A DNA stretch of 64,000 nucleotides from Leucoraja erinacea (lineage: Eukaryota), in assembly GCF_028641065.1 (NCBI RefSeq), contig NC_073410.1, forward strand, positions 7,254,001 through 7,318,000. The letters are read 5' to 3'. Numbering within the stretch: position 1 is the first letter of the stretch; every line of letters starts with the position of its first letter. The notes under the pieces are model-generated. The model had not been told where the DNA came from and searched no databases. It was given only the letters and a program-made list of their open reading frames with translations. A program made the position numbers and the translations under genes. This document shows, piece by piece, positions 12,816 through 26,232 of this stretch.

Positions 12816-15800
12816 TTAGAGGGTGGGAGGAAACAGCAGTCACAGGGAGAACGTACAAACTCCGTACAGATAGCACCCGTAGTCAGGATTAAACTCGGGC
12901 ATGTGGCACTGTAAGGCAGCAACTCTACCGCTGTGCCACCCAATACATTGAGGCAAGAACGACTGAAGGTAACTGCAGTGTGAGAGACGGAACAAGTCCA
13001 TGCGAGGGAGAGGGCGAGAACATTTGAAAACACAAGAGAGAATTTAAAAAGATGTGCCCTGTTTAACTGGAAGCAAGTGTGGATCAGCGAGCTCAGACGA
13101 TAAAGGCCGATCTTAACTCTGCTCAAACCTGGGAGAAAATACTCATACGCGCAGTTAAAAAAGTGCAGCCTTGAAATATATCTGCTCGAGCCCTTGGGAT
13201 GAACATAGGCAAGGCAAGGAAAACATCGCAGCGTAATTAACGTTCAAGAACACTCAGGCACAACATAAATGGGTAACAGAGTTATTTTGGTTCTGGGTGA
13301 ATGAGATTCTGTAGGATGGACATGTTGGACAACCAATGAGGGGAGTTTGGAAGAGGGTAGTTGGAGATCATAAGTGGAGGAGCAGAATTAGGCCATTCAG
13401 CACATCAAGTCAACTCCGCCATTTAATCATGCTGATCTATCCCTCCCTCCAAACCCTATTCTCCTGCCGCTTCAATATATCCCCCGACACCCGTAGTAAT
13501 CAAGAATCAAGTCAAGTCAAGTTTATTCGTCACATACACATACGAGATATGCAGTGAAATGAAAGTGGCAATGCTCGCGGACTTTGTGCAAAATAAAAAA
13601 ATCAAAAAAAATCTATCTATCTCTGCCTTAACAATATCCATTGACTTGGCCTCCACAGCCTTCTATGGCAAATAATTCCACAGATTCACCACCAGGTCAT
13701 GTGACATAATCAGCCAGCATACATCCAAGCACAGCAGACACATTTCTTCCCTTATCGTTGATTTTTTTCATATCTTCCATTTGTTTATCCCAAGTGCCGT
13801 CTATCTCTCCCATTCCCCTCGCCCTCAGTCTGGGGAAGGGGGCTCGACCCAAAACGTCACCTGTTCATTTACTCCAGAGATGCTGCCGAATCTGCTGAGT
13901 TACTCCAGCCTTTTGCATCTGCCTTCGCTTTAAACCAGTTCCTCCCGACACGTTTTGACTTTACACGTGATGGGCACAAAATGAGGTGCATGTTGTGTCT
14001 GTGTGCATGCAAATATATGGATGTCACCAGTCTGTCTGAGGATTGGAATAAAGATCTAACTATTAGAACCATGTCAATATCTATGGCAGCAGGGTTTCTG
14101 TATGGCCTAACAAACATTGATCTGTTCAAGATAGCAATTCCATTATTCTACCAACTCACCGTTTAGTCCTCGCCATCACAGTGCAGACTTGGTGCTAGTT
14201 GCCTGCAATAGTACATGATCAAATATTATTTTCTACGTCAAGGCGCAGAAAATGCAAAAAATATTCAGAATCATTTCAAGCGGGTCCAACAAAATGAAGT
14301 GTCGAATCAAGGCTCCATTTAACATGGAGGATTTCCACCCTCTGCATTGTGACAGACACCAAACTGTTCTAACTGGATCGATTTTCTCCCAACGTGATAC
14401 AGTGTTCAAATGGATAAAGTGACATCAAAATCAATGCCACCTTTCACTGGCCTCCAACACAATTCCTGGCACATCATACATATGTCCCACGTACATAGAT
14501 GTACATATTCACACAAATACAGCATTTAAATGACATGGACAGTCAAATAAATAGTTACGGTTTGGAGGGTTACGGACCAAACACAGACAAATGGGACGAG
14601 CTTAGATGAGACATCTTGGTCGGTATGGAACAGTCAGACCCTTGGGGCCTGCTTCCCCGCTTCATGACTCTAAACTTGTGCCTACATATTGAAAAGCACC
14701 AGAACAGTCAATCTGCTGAAACAGGGGATAATTCAATGGATGCATTTACCAAGAGCGACCTCTTCTGCTCACTGCCACAGCCCAAGTTACACTCAAACAG
14801 ACCCAGTATCCCAACCCAACATCATTGCCCCATGCTGGAAAGGGGAGTTTCACAGATGACTTTGTTTGATGCCCACTGCTGTTCTCCCATTGTAGAACCA
14901 ATTGTTTGCCCTTGGGTGGAAGGTAATCACCAAGGCATCAAGATGGATAAAGAGGTTTGTTCCGTGTTACTACGGTGTGTGGTCTGTATTACTGCAGTGC
15001 ATGGGAAGACCTTCAACAAAGGACATGAATGTTTTTGAGTTGAGGCTGCACAAGTATACGAGGGAGGGTGGAGAGGACACGGGTGAAATGGGAAGAGCGG
15101 GAAGAATGGAAATGGGAAGATTTTGAGTGGAGGAAATTACTAGCATGGCCTCTCCAGAGATGCTACCTGTCCCACTGAGTAACTCCAGCATTGTGTCGAT
15201 CTTCGGTTTAAACCAGCATCTGCAGTTCCTTCCCAGACACAAGCATGGACTGGTTGGGCTGAATGTCCGTATAGGATCTTACCCAAATCCAAAGGGGCCC
15301 CATGCACAGTTGCACATCATACTGCATTCATAGAAACATAGAAACATAGAAATTAGGTGCAGGAGTAGGCCATTCGGCCCTTCGAGCCTGCACCGCCATT
15401 CAATATGATCATGGCTGATCATCCAACTCAGTATCCCATACCTGCCTTCTCTCCATACCCCCTGATCCCCTTAGCCACAAGGGCCACATCCCCTTAGCCA
15501 CAAGGGCCACAAGGGCACCATTCACTCTGAATATGACTGCAACTATTTCACCTCTCTAGCCAGGAGGGCAAGGACTGACAACAGTGTCACTGACTCTCTG
15601 GAACGTAGACTTAATTCAGGAACTCCCTCCCTACACTTGGGTGGAAGCTTGAAACATGTACTACTCCATGTATTCAAGAGAGAGTTAGATTTAGCTCCTG
15701 GGGTTAATGGAATCAAGGGATATGGGGAAGAAGCAGGAATGGGGTACTGATTTTGGATGGCCAGCCATGATCATATTGAATGGTGGTGCTGGCTCAAAGG

Positions 15801-16339
15801 AACGAATGGCACCTATTTTCCATGTTCATTACAAACTCCAATATGCTGACTATAGTTCCACTGAGACCAGGCAGTGTTAGATTGATCTCGCCATGATTAG
15901 CATTCAGAAAATTCTCTGCAAGATTAGTGCATTCAATCTTGACTCCTAATAAAGCAGCAACTAAAATAAATGCTTGCAAGGAGCTGTAATTAAGTTCAGT
16001 GTATTTTTATGTAATTCTCCAGAGAGTCAGTATTTAAATGAAATAGCTTGATCATGCAGAATATTAAATTCATTCCCATACTTGCTTTAAACTTCTGGAT
16101 GCAAGGAAATGAAGGGCAATTTTTCTCTTTAAACTCTGTAGGCATGTCAAGAAGTCAAATGCTGATTTTTATTTTTATGGCCCTATCTTTTCAGGAATAA
16201 AGTTTATTCTGGTCAATGCCCCAAAGTCAGACGCAGATTACAGGAGGATCTGGCTCCTGTTCCATAAATTCCCATTCCACTTTTACTCAAATACTCTGCA
16301 TGTGAAATGGTTAGTAGGAAAACCTGGTGTGGATCTTCA

Positions 16340-16657
16340 CCATGTCAACCGAAGATAGATTGTGTGTAAAATCATGAGAGGAATGGATCAGGTATATGCA
16401 CAGAGTTTCATGCCCAGAGTAGGTGAATAGACGACCAGAGGACACAGGTTCAAGGTGAAGGGGAAAATATTTAATAGGAATATGAGGGGCAACTTTTTCC
16501 ACACAAAGGTTGGTGGGTGTATGGAACAAGCTGCCTGAGGAGGTAGTTGAGGCTGGGACTATCCCAACATTTAAGAAACAGTTAGACAGGTACATGGATA
16601 GGACAGGCTTGGGGGAAATGGACTGAACACAGGCAGGTGGGACTAGTGTAGCTGGGA
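16340..16657 (+). mobile_element. CR1 (HER1-like) LINE 3' fragment
   Basis: Degenerate ORF2 C-terminus (TRGH...K, F.Q..VGVWNKLPEEVV). Related pieces near 3105-3235, 5120-5780, 22098-22325, 23105-23310, 28840-29140, 30175-30360 and 31750-31880. Confidence 0.85.
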
Positions 16658-16778
16658 TTCAGAGACTCTTTGTAGGGACTGCCATTAGGTGAGAATGAAA
16701 AGGTTTAGGGGCTATTAGGATGGCCAGTAAATGCTGACCTCGTCAATGGTGTTTTATCCCCATGAGTGAGTTACAAGT

Positions 16779-16919
16779 CTGTTTATTCTAATTCCCACTG
16801 CAAGGATCCCCAATCAAAGCTGCTCCACTCTGGCTTTATCCCTCGAATTAGATAAATAAATCTCCTGTTTATTCTAATTCCCACTGCAAGGATCCCCAAT
16901 CAAAGCTGCTCCACTCTGG
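16779..16919 (+). repeat. 55-bp exact direct repeat (16779-16833, 16865-16919)
   Basis: CTGTTTATTCTAATTCCCACTGCAAGGATCCCCAATCAAAGCTGCTCCACTCTGG occurs twice. Confidence 0.95.
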
Positions 16920-16924
16920 AGCTT

Positions 16925-17053
16925 GTTTAAGGAAGAACTACAGATGCCAGTAAAATCGCAGGTGGACACAAAATGCCGGAGAAACTCAGCAGGTGAGGCA
17001 GCATCTACGGAGAGAACGAATTGGCGACGTTTCGGGTCGAGACAACTTCTTCA
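16925..17053 (-). mobile_element. Solo PLE terminal-repeat insertion with 12-bp TSD
   Basis: ACTCTGGAGCTT at 16913-16924 and 17054-17065. Confidence 0.85.
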
Positions 17054-17145
17054 ACTCTGGAGCTTCTTATGCACGTTGGCTCACAAAAATGATAACGATG
17101 ATTGCAATTCAAGATAATAGTCAAAACATCTCTGCACTAATGCAT

Positions 17146-17550
17146 CGTTCTTCTCCGTGGATTGTCACCTTGTCGTGGTGGAGAAGCTTGGAGAAGCCGA
17201 GATCAATGCCGTCTGGAGCTATGCTCCTGGTAGGGCCACCCATGGCGGTAAGGTTGAGGGAAAGGTCTCTGACAAAGAGCAATCCAACCAAGACCTCAAC
17301 GGTGGAACAAGCAGAGGATGATGGCTGACTTTAGTGGAGCGTCACAACGGCTGGGAAGGCGGATGAAGGCTGCAGCAGAAAAGGGTCTGCGGTCGCCTTG
17401 GGCTCCATGCCACTGGATCCCGACCCAGATCTGTCAAGGACCGTGTGGTGGCTGTCTGTGCACCAGTCTCCCCACGTTAAACAAAGTCACGCACAGGCGT
17501 CCTCCATGAGAGGACACTCATACTCGTTTCGAGTCTCCGCTGATGATGAA
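17146..17550 (+). mobile_element. RTE/BovB-related short non-autonomous element
   Basis: The 5' part CCTTGTCGTGGTGGAGAAGCTTG...ATGCCG...GGGCCACCCA...TCTGACAAA resembles the RTE-BovB 5' UTR. Ends in a (TGA)n tail. No RT coding sequence. Confidence 0.6.
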
Positions 17551-18621
17551 TGTGCTGCATCTGAGCCATTCATCGCTACCCACTGGCACCAGCTGAAGAC
17601 CAAGCAACTTGTTCTACTCCATGCCCCATCACTCGCTGGCTACATTCATGGAGGATTGAAAACCACTCCATTGACTGTCCCTCCACTTACAGTCAGTGGA
17701 TCAAAGTCTCAAACTGTGGACATTTCATAGAAACATTGAAAATGGAGGCCATTCGGCTCTTCGAGGCAGCACCACCATTCATTGTGATCATGGCTGATCG
17801 TACCCTATCAATAACCCGTGCCTGCTTTCTCCCCATATCCCTCGACTCCACTAGCCCCTAGAGCTCTATCTAACTCCCTCTTAAATCCATCCAGTGACTT
17901 GGCCTCCACTGCCCTCAGTGGCTGGGAATTCCGTAAATTCACAACTCTCTGGGTGAAAAAGTTTTTTCCTCACCTCAGCCTGAAATGGCCTCCCGTTTAT
18001 TCACCAGGCAGAGCACTTGGATAACATAGGATAGTGTGGTGCGGGATCGCTGGTCGGCGTGGACTCAGTGGGCTGAAGGGCCTGTTTCCACGCTGTATCT
18101 CTAAACCAAACAAACCTTCCTGTTATTCGATGTTATTTGTCAGCCACATGGGACTACTGGCCCAAAGATCCTCAGGCTCAGCCAATGTCCCAACACACTA
18201 TTGTCATTTCCATTCCACACAACACTTTCTGTTTAGTAACATCAAGTCCATCCTCACTACAACCGTACAATGCCAATGGGCTTCGGGGAATAAATGTAAC
18301 TGGTAGCTGCTTTCATTACACAATGTTTCAGTCATTTATCATACATGCCAGTCATAAACTGATGTGATGTTTCACAAGCAAATACACCTGTTTGTTACTT
18401 CTAATACAGCCAGCTCCCTGCAACATTCTTGTGTAAGTTTGACAGTCACTGACAATTTTTTTATATTTTGCAATGTTGATGACAGTTTGGTACATTTATA
18501 TCTAAATGCCTTGCTCAAACCCAGCAATCATTGCCAACGTCTGTCAAAATATTGGAATAGAAAAGGCAGTACTCTTGTTAATGCTGTTGATATCAGTGTA
18601 GGTTGTGTCAACTGTAGCTCT

Positions 18622-18895
18622 TGGAATAAAGGGGAGGTGATTTATGACTGAGGTGCGAAAAAACGTTTTCACCCAGAGAGTTGTGAATTTATGGAATTCC
18701 CTGCCACAGAGGGCAGTGGAGGCCAAATCACTGGATGGATTTAAGAGAGAGTTAGATAGAGCTCTAGGGGCTAGTGGAATCAAGGGATATGGGGAGAAGG
18801 CAGGCACGGGTTATCAGCCATGATCACAATGAATGGCGGTGCTGGCTCAAAAGGCCGAATGGCCTCCTCCTGCACCTATTTTCTGTGTTTCTACG
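18622..18895 (+). mobile_element. CR1 LINE 3' fragment (second tail family)
   Basis: FTQRVVNLWNSLPQRAVEA... with tail GAATGGCCTCCTCCTGCACCTATTTTCT. Related pieces near 12155-12370, 13365-13695, 15330-15500, 15660-15825, 17726-18000, 39234-39445, 39528-39680, 45655-45780, 49705-49900 and 56775-56960. Confidence 0.88.
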
Positions 18896-19265
18896 GTCCT
18901 AGGATCTCCCACCAGTGGAAACATCCTTTCCACATCCGCCCTTTCATTATTCTGTAAGTTTCAATGAGGTCTCCCCCTCCAATCTTCTAAACTCCAGCGA
19001 GTTGAGGCCCAGTGCTGTCAAATTCTCAGCGTACACTAACCCACTCAATCGTGGCTTAGAGTCAGCGTGGGAGCAGGAAGGTTATGGGTGCAAATTTCCT
19101 TCGGGAGATTAAAGATGGCAATTCCGGCCGAGATTCCCTGACAGGGCTGAGAGAGCGTTGCACTGTCTTTTAGATGATATATTGTGTAAAGTCAAAGCTC
19201 ATGTCGAGCTAAAATAAAATCCCGCAATGCTATTTTGTAATGGTAGAGAGGTTTTGTCTCTATCT

Positions 19266-19558
19266 CAGTTTAGAGATACAGCGTGGAAACAGGCCCTTCG
19301 GCCCAAGTCCGCACCGACCGATGATACCCGCACATTAACACTACCCTACACACCAGGGCCAATTTTACATTTTTACCAAGCCAATTAACCTGCAAACCTG
19401 AACGTCTTTGGAGTGTGGGAGGCCACTGAGGATCTCGGAGAAAACCCAAGCAGGTCACGGGAAACAGTACAAATTCCATACAGACAAGTCCCCGTAGTCA
19501 GGATCAAACCCGCGTCTCTGGCGCTGTAAGACAGTTGCGCTACCGCTAGGCCACCGCC
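19266..19558 (-). mobile_element. HE1-like SINE
   Basis: Consensus match. Confidence 0.88.
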
Positions 19559-20104
19559 CATTCCCGACCATTGCCCTGAGTGTTCTCAGAACATCACAAA
19601 CACGCACAAACACCTAGCTTTGTGCCAAGGACACAGCATGCAAAGGGGAAGTCTCTTGAAGCCAACACAAGTAAATGGCAGCCCATTCTGTCCTTTATAA
19701 GACACCTGGGATCTTCATGCAGGAAGGAACTGCAGATACTGGTTTAAACCGAAGATAGACACAACATGTTGGAGTAACCCAGGCCACGCAACATCTCTGA
19801 AGAGAAGACATTTCGGGTCGAGACCCTCCTTCAGACTGCTGTCCTGCTGAGTTACTCCAGCATTTTGTACCCAATCTGGGATCTTTGGTCAGAGATGCAT
19901 CCCTCAAAAAAAATAACTACTTACATTATAGTGCTGTCAAGGAGCTCCTATTAAACTACAAACATGAACTGATTTCAATAAATATTTGCAGATCAAGCAG
20001 AATTCAATTGCCTGAGAATGGACAGACATGCTTGCAAATTTATTTTAAGGTATACAATATTAAGTGATTGGCTTTCTTTCAATGTTTCAAGATTATTGCA
20101 AGGG

Positions 20105-20325
20105 TTGCACATTCAACTTCCATTTGAGAGATTGGAGTACAAAATCTGAGTTGACAGTCTCTGGCACTGCCAAGGGAGTGGAGCACTGTCAGAGGAGTCG
20201 CCTCTCAATGAGTTACGGCCGGTTTATTCCATCCTGTGGACCAGACATTGTCAGGGCAAACTTTGGAAGAGAAAGGGGTTTATTCCTGCTGCCCTACCCA
20301 ATATTTATCCCTTATAACATAATCT
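20105..20325 (+). mobile_element. Ancient DeuSINE (SacSINE1/AmnSINE-like) remnant
   Basis: Degraded GAGTACAAAATCTGAGTTGACA...GGGAGTGGAGCACTGTCAGAGG...CCAATATTTATCCCT. Similar remnants at ~19135-19260 and ~61745-61950. Confidence 0.6.
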
Positions 20326-20475
20326 AGACATCATCAGCCTGAAGAAGGGTCTCGACCCAAAACGTCACAAATTCCTTCTATCCAGAGATGCCGCCTGTCC
20401 CGCTGAGTTACTCCAGCATTTGCAATTCTTTCCTCACATTGAAACTTGGGGGGAGTTGCTCTGGGCCAATTGATC

Positions 20476-21280
20476 GGGGCGGCACGGTTGTGCAGCGGTA
20501 GAGTTGTGTCCTTACAACGCCAGATACCCAGGTTCGATCCTGACTACGAGTGCTGTCTATGTGGAGTTTGTACGTTCTCCCCGTGTAAGTTTTCTCCGGG
20601 TGCTCCATTTTCCTCCCACACTCCAAAGAAGCACACATTTGCAGGCTAATTGGCTTCGGTAAAACTTGTAACTTGTTTCTAGTGTGTAGGATAATGTTTG
20701 CGTGTGGGGATCACTGGTCTGCACACACTGTGTGGGCCAAAGGACTCGTTCTGTGCTGTATCCCTGAACTAAACCACTCCACCATCATGTTAGAAATGCT
20801 TCACTGGCTGCAAGGTGCTTTGGGACACATTGAGGCAGGGTAGCAGCTCCAACAGTGTGGAACAGTGGCATAGCCAAGAGCAGCAGCTTTCATAGCTCCA
20901 GAAACACGTGATCATTCCTGACCTCTGGTGCTGTCTGTGTGGAGTTTGCACTTTCTCCCTGTGATCACAGATGATGCGGGGGTGACACGATGGCACAGCA
21001 GTAGAGTTGCTGCCTTAAAGCGCTTGCAGCACCGAAGACCTAGGTTCGATCCCGACTACGGGCTCCGTTTGTAGGTACATTCTCCCCGTGAGTTTTCTCC
21101 GAGATCTTCGGTTTCCTCCCACACTCCAAAGACGGACAGGCATGGAGGTAAATTGGCTTGGTAAGTGTAAAAATTGTCCCTAGTGGGTGTCGGATAGTGT
21201 TAATGTTCGGGAATCGCTGGTCGGCACGGATCCAGTGGGCCAAAGGTCCTGTTTTCGCGCTGTATCTCTGATCTAAATTA
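20476..21280 (+). mobile_element. Cluster of HE1-like SINEs (20476-20775; ~20870-20965; 20977-21280)
   Basis: A/B boxes, V-domain and CR1 tail. Confidence 0.85.
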
Positions 21281-21602
21281 AATATCAGCATTGCTTTTTT
21301 TTTTTGCTTTTCCGATATGAATCCATAGCAATGTTGAGAAGGCCCGTATCTACACCACTGACGTTTGTTTCTTTAATCCTGTCCTGTGGGGTGGGATACT
21401 AATAACACTGGGTGATAGACAGCAATGCTGTAGGACAGTAAATCAACCCTGCTTTGTGCTTTCCCCAGGGGATTTGGCAGATCAGCAGAGGAACAGGAGA
21501 AAAAGAATAAGGACTGCCCTCTTATCAATAATAAGTTAATCCATTAGAGTAAATCAGGGAGCACGAAACAAATCATTTCAATGATGTGAAATGTCAACTT
21601 TA

Positions 21603-21935
21603 AAGCCCTGTCCCACGGTACGAGTTCATTCCAAGAGCTCTCCCGAGTTTAAAAAAAAAAATCAAACTCGTGGTAAGCACAGAGAATGAACGTAGCGGGT
21701 ACGTTGGAGCTCGGGGATGTCTCTTAGCGGCTCATAACGCTAACGGCAGGTACTCGGGAAGACTCGCTAACTGCAGGTAAGCACGGGAAGACTCGTGAAG
21801 ATTTTTCAACATGTTGAAAAATGTCCACGAGATCCCAGAGTACCGACGAGTGGCCATTACCGTAAATCTCCGAGTTCGAATCAGGGCAAACTCGGGTGAG
21901 CTCTTGGAATGAACTCTTACTGTGGGACAGGGCTT
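21603..21935. mobile_element. PIF/Harbinger-type MITE (type A)
   Basis: AAGCCCTGTCCCAC / GTGGGACAGGGCTT, TTA on both sides, internal palindrome TTTTTCAACATGTTGAAAAA. Confidence 0.9.
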
Positions 21936-24202
21936 TTAGGCATCAAATGTACGAACAGATAACAGGATGAGATGTGGCCATTTGGGTAATTGCAATTCCA
22001 CTCACAATTCCGGCTCGACTGACCCCACCCCAATGGAGATATGCAATTGCATGGAAAAGGGGCCAGACAAAATAATGGCGTAGTCAGTGTGTGATCCAGC
22101 ATGGAAACAGACCCGTTTGGTCCAACTTGTCCATAAGATGTCCCAGCTACACTAGTCCCACATGTTTGGTCCATATCCCACTGAACCTGTCCTATCCATA
22201 CACCTGTCTAACCGTTTCTTAAATGTTGGGATAGTCCCTGCCTCAACCACCTCTTCTGGTAGCTCGTCCCATACACCCACCATCCTTTGTGTGAAAAAGT
22301 TATCCCTCAGATTCCAATTAAATCTATGGAACTATGAGTCACATTCATATCGTTCTCGGGTGAAGGAATTTCTTTCACACTAAACCACCTTCAGGATGTT
22401 TGATGGATATTTTATAGTTAAGGCCCCTCGTCTTAAAAAATGATTTTACTTAAAAAAAAAAAAAAATCAAGTCCTTGCTTGGCATTCTCCTGCCTGGGGC
22501 TCCAGCCAGATCAATGTTGTATTGTCCTAAAAATTAACCCGATTAAGTTGGTGGGGTTGGGATTCTGATATTTTCTTTGGACATGTTTGGCCTTCAGGCC
22601 TTAATATGATAGGTACCTCTTTCAATTAGCCTCTTTGCCACACGTTACACAGTGGTCTCTTTGGAGGTTGACATTTTACAAAGTGCTTGCAGGTCCTTCA
22701 ACATTATATGTCATCTTATCCTGTCACTGATCAAATTACAGTTTGTTAATTCACTTTGGGTATCGTTTATTCTGCTTCTAACTCACTACCAGGCACCTGT
22801 GGTACCTGTTCGGTGCACTTTATCTGGCCTAAAACCTTACTGTACATCTTTTGCTTCTCATCCTCTCGACCTGCCTTAATCTCTATCTCGCTCCTGCACT
22901 CCTAGACTGCAGGTTCTCTGCTGAACAATGTGCGTCATTGCCAGTGAACCAGGGTGGCTATGAAAGTGGTGCTGAGGAAACACTTCAAAAAGCCTAGGTA
23001 GACAAAAGTGCTGGAGAAACTCAGCGGGCGCAGCAGCATCTATGGAGCGAAGGAAATAGGCAACGTTTCAGGGCCGACATTCTCTTTCCTTTATTACAAA
23101 TTGTGTTCACACATAGGGTGGTGGGTATATAGAATGGGTTGCCAAAGGAGTTAATTGAGGCACGTACTATAATAATTTGGCAAGTACATGGATTGGAAAG
23201 GTTTTCGAATGATATGGTCCAAACAGGGGCAGGTGGGAGTAGTGTAGATGAGGCATCTTGGTCGCATGGGCAAGGAGGACTGAAGGGCCTGTTTCCGTGC
23301 TGAATGACTCAGAGATAGCACATTCTATAACACTCTCTATAACATTCTATAATAGTCACAGAACATGTAGAAAGGTTGGCAAACGTCATTCATCTCAACT
23401 CTCAGTTGCCATGAGGTTGTCTGATCAACCAAGTCAACTTAAATATAGATATCCTATGTTTAAGAAGGAACTGCAGATGCTGGAAAATCGAAGGTAGACA
23501 AAAATGCTGGAGAAGCTCGGCGGGTGAGGCAGCATCTATGGAGTTGGAGATGTGAGCATGGGTACAAAGTAGCAAGATAAAGGACCAGCATGGTAGACTC
23601 TGCTCGTGAAGCAGTTAATGTGTGTATTTGATCAATTAATCAACACCTACCTCAGCCTCTGTGGGCACACACCACTTACTTTCCCTTCACTTTTCTTATT
23701 AAAGCAACTTCTCTGCCAAAGGAGGGAATTCAAGTCTCCAGATCAAGCTTCCCTCTCCCACTATTCACTCCTGTCACCATTCAAATACAACATTACTGCA
23801 TTGAGAGCTGTTCAGCAGCATTTTTACTTTATGACCTCAAGGTCTCCTGGTGGTGATAGAACTATCTTAAAGACACAAAGCTAAATAAAAACCCAGCTTT
23901 GTAACAAATCTGGAAAATGTCTGTATTTTGTTGCTAGAGAGCTCCACACTTCCAACAACTTGGGAGTTTTCTTTTCCAATCTGCAGTCGAAGACACGGAA
24001 TTTATTTCCATCATTTCATCCTTGTCATAAAGAAAATCTGTTCTATGACATGATGGCAATCTCAAGCTGCTCTTAGCCCAGGACTCAGAGCCCAGGAACT
24101 GTTGAAGGGCCTGCTGGTGCTCTCATGCTGGGAAACGGTTTGCACTTCCCGCCGACATGGGGCTGGGATCTGGGATCTGGGTCAGGGCAGGAGCACTAAC
24201 TC

Positions 24203-25079
24203 GCAAGATAGCCCACTCGACGAAACAGTCGTAGTACGGTCATGGGCAGATTCATGGGTCATTTTCGGCCCCATTTCCGTAACCGGCTTCCGTCTCCGCA
24301 CCCAAGATCCCGTAGCGCAGCAAAGATACTAGTGCGGAGACGGAAGCCGGTTACGGAAACATCCTCGTAAAAATAAAAGTTCTTTGGTAAAAATCTTCTC
24401 CTCATTTTCAGAATTATAATTTATTAACAGAAACTGTTCCCCCGCAACGTTGATTACACTGCGAGTCGGGTGGGGTTACTGAAATGGATGAAAAAAAGGC
24501 CCACGTTCCGCTCCGTTGTGTACTACACCTCAGCCCATTGCAGTATCCTGACCACCTGCTTCACGGTATGGTACAGCAGCTGCACTGCTGCGGACAGGAA
24601 GGCACTACAACGGGTGGTGAAAACCTCGCAGCACATCATCGGTGCCCCGCTCCCTGCCATGGATGCCCTCCACCGAAAACGTTGTCTGAGACGGGCTGGG
24701 AAGATCATCAAAGACCCCTCACACCCCAACCATGGACTGTTTGCCCTCCTCCCATCAGGGAGGCGGTACAGGAGCCTCAGGTCACGTACTAGTAGGATGA
24801 GGAACAGCTTCTACAATAATACAATCACATTGCTGAACTCGGAGTCCCGCCGATAGATTTCTCCGGTCCCTCCGTCCCCATTGTTTAATTATTCTGTATT
24901 TTTTGATTATTCTGTATCTTCTCTCTTTCTATTTTTTTTTAATTCTTTATGTACAACTACTACGGACTGACGCAAAACTGCATTTCGTTGTACTCATACT
25001 TGTATTTGTGCGATGACATTAAAGTTGAATTGAGTTGAATTGAATTGAACAGGAGTGGTCCATCTATAGGATCTTTGGT
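24203..25079. mobile_element. Probable non-autonomous DNA element with an internal 28-bp perfect hairpin, interrupted by the Rex fragment
   Basis: Imperfect inverted ends AGATAGCCCACTC (~24206) / GAGTGGTCCATCT (~25053). Hairpin TTTCCGTAACCGGCTTCCGTCTCCGCAC 24274-24301 with its inverse at 24332-24359. Confidence 0.5.
24541..25048 (+). mobile_element. Rex1/Babar LINE 3' fragment (young, frame intact)
   Basis: SILTTCFTVWYSSCTAADRKALQRVVK...HPNHGLFALLPSGRRYRSLRSRTSRMRNSF, stop at 24856, 3' UTR and a (TTGAA)n tail. Confidence 0.9.
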
Positions 25080-26232
25080 CAAAACCCTTCTTCAGACTTC
25101 AGCTTTGTGTGTCCATCTTCGGTTTAATCCAGCATCTGCAGTTCCTTCCGAGAGGCTCCAAGTTTGTTAATAAATTTCTTGTCGCTCGACAGCCAATAAA
25201 TAAAAACTGAAGCATAAATGCAACTGTTCCAGTCCGTAAATTATTCAGAACCCGAGCGCTGCTAACTCCACAAGGCAACTAAAAATTATTCGCAAATCAA
25301 CAGGGAACTTGCGCAACCAAGTAGAATAAAAAACGCATTCAATCCGAAACAATCAATGAAGTGAACAGAATAGTGGCAGAAACAAGTTGGAGAGAAACCT
25401 GATACAAGCTGATCAGAGACCTCGTTTGTTATTTAAAATTCACTTGGGAGAGGAAACCCTATCAGATTTGGAGTCCCACACCCTCTGCTGTGTACAAAGA
25501 CATGGCCACATTCAAGGGTAATCATGTCAAACATGCCTTGTGCATCAAATATGATCAGACAGCAGCAGCTTTATTTGCAAGGTCCTTTCCTGCTCCTTTC
25601 TCAAACCTGACATTTAAAGACTGATGCCTATCAGGCAAATCCCTAGCTTTCATTTCACAATGCCCTTCCCTATCCTCCAGCCTTCCATCACCAGAAACCC
25701 AGACCAGCCCTGATTTAGACACCATTCACCCCCAAGGCTGCAGCATTAGACAGCTTTTGATTTTTCTCACCGAGATACAAGAAACTGGAGATGCTGGTTT
25801 ACAATAAACTCACAAAAGTGCTGGAGTAACTCAGCGAGTCAAGCAATATCTCTGGAGAGCATTAATAGGGGACATTGAGTTGGGACAATTCTCTTTTCCT
25901 CTGGCTTCACAATTGACACCTCTTCTATTCTTGTCTCACACCTTTGGTCTTTTTAAACTCCCTGGGTTTTGTCAACATAGGGAACGTGCCAATCACCCCC
26001 CCCCCCCCCCCCCCCCCCCCCTGTATCCACCTAAAAGGATACAAACGTGCTGGGAAGGAAAACAATGAGGACGGCACAGTGGTGCAGCGGTTAAGAGTTG
26101 CTGCCTTACAGCGCCAGAGACCCAGGTTCGATCCTGACTACAGTTGCTGTCTGTAGAGAGTTTGTGTATATATATCAGGCTATTAAACTCAACTCAAACA
26201 AAAACTCTGATCATTATATATATTTATATTTA

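Noticed and set aside
24274-24359. Possible pre-miRNA
   Set aside because: A perfect stem with a large loop inside a probable transposon; no recognisable mature miRNA.
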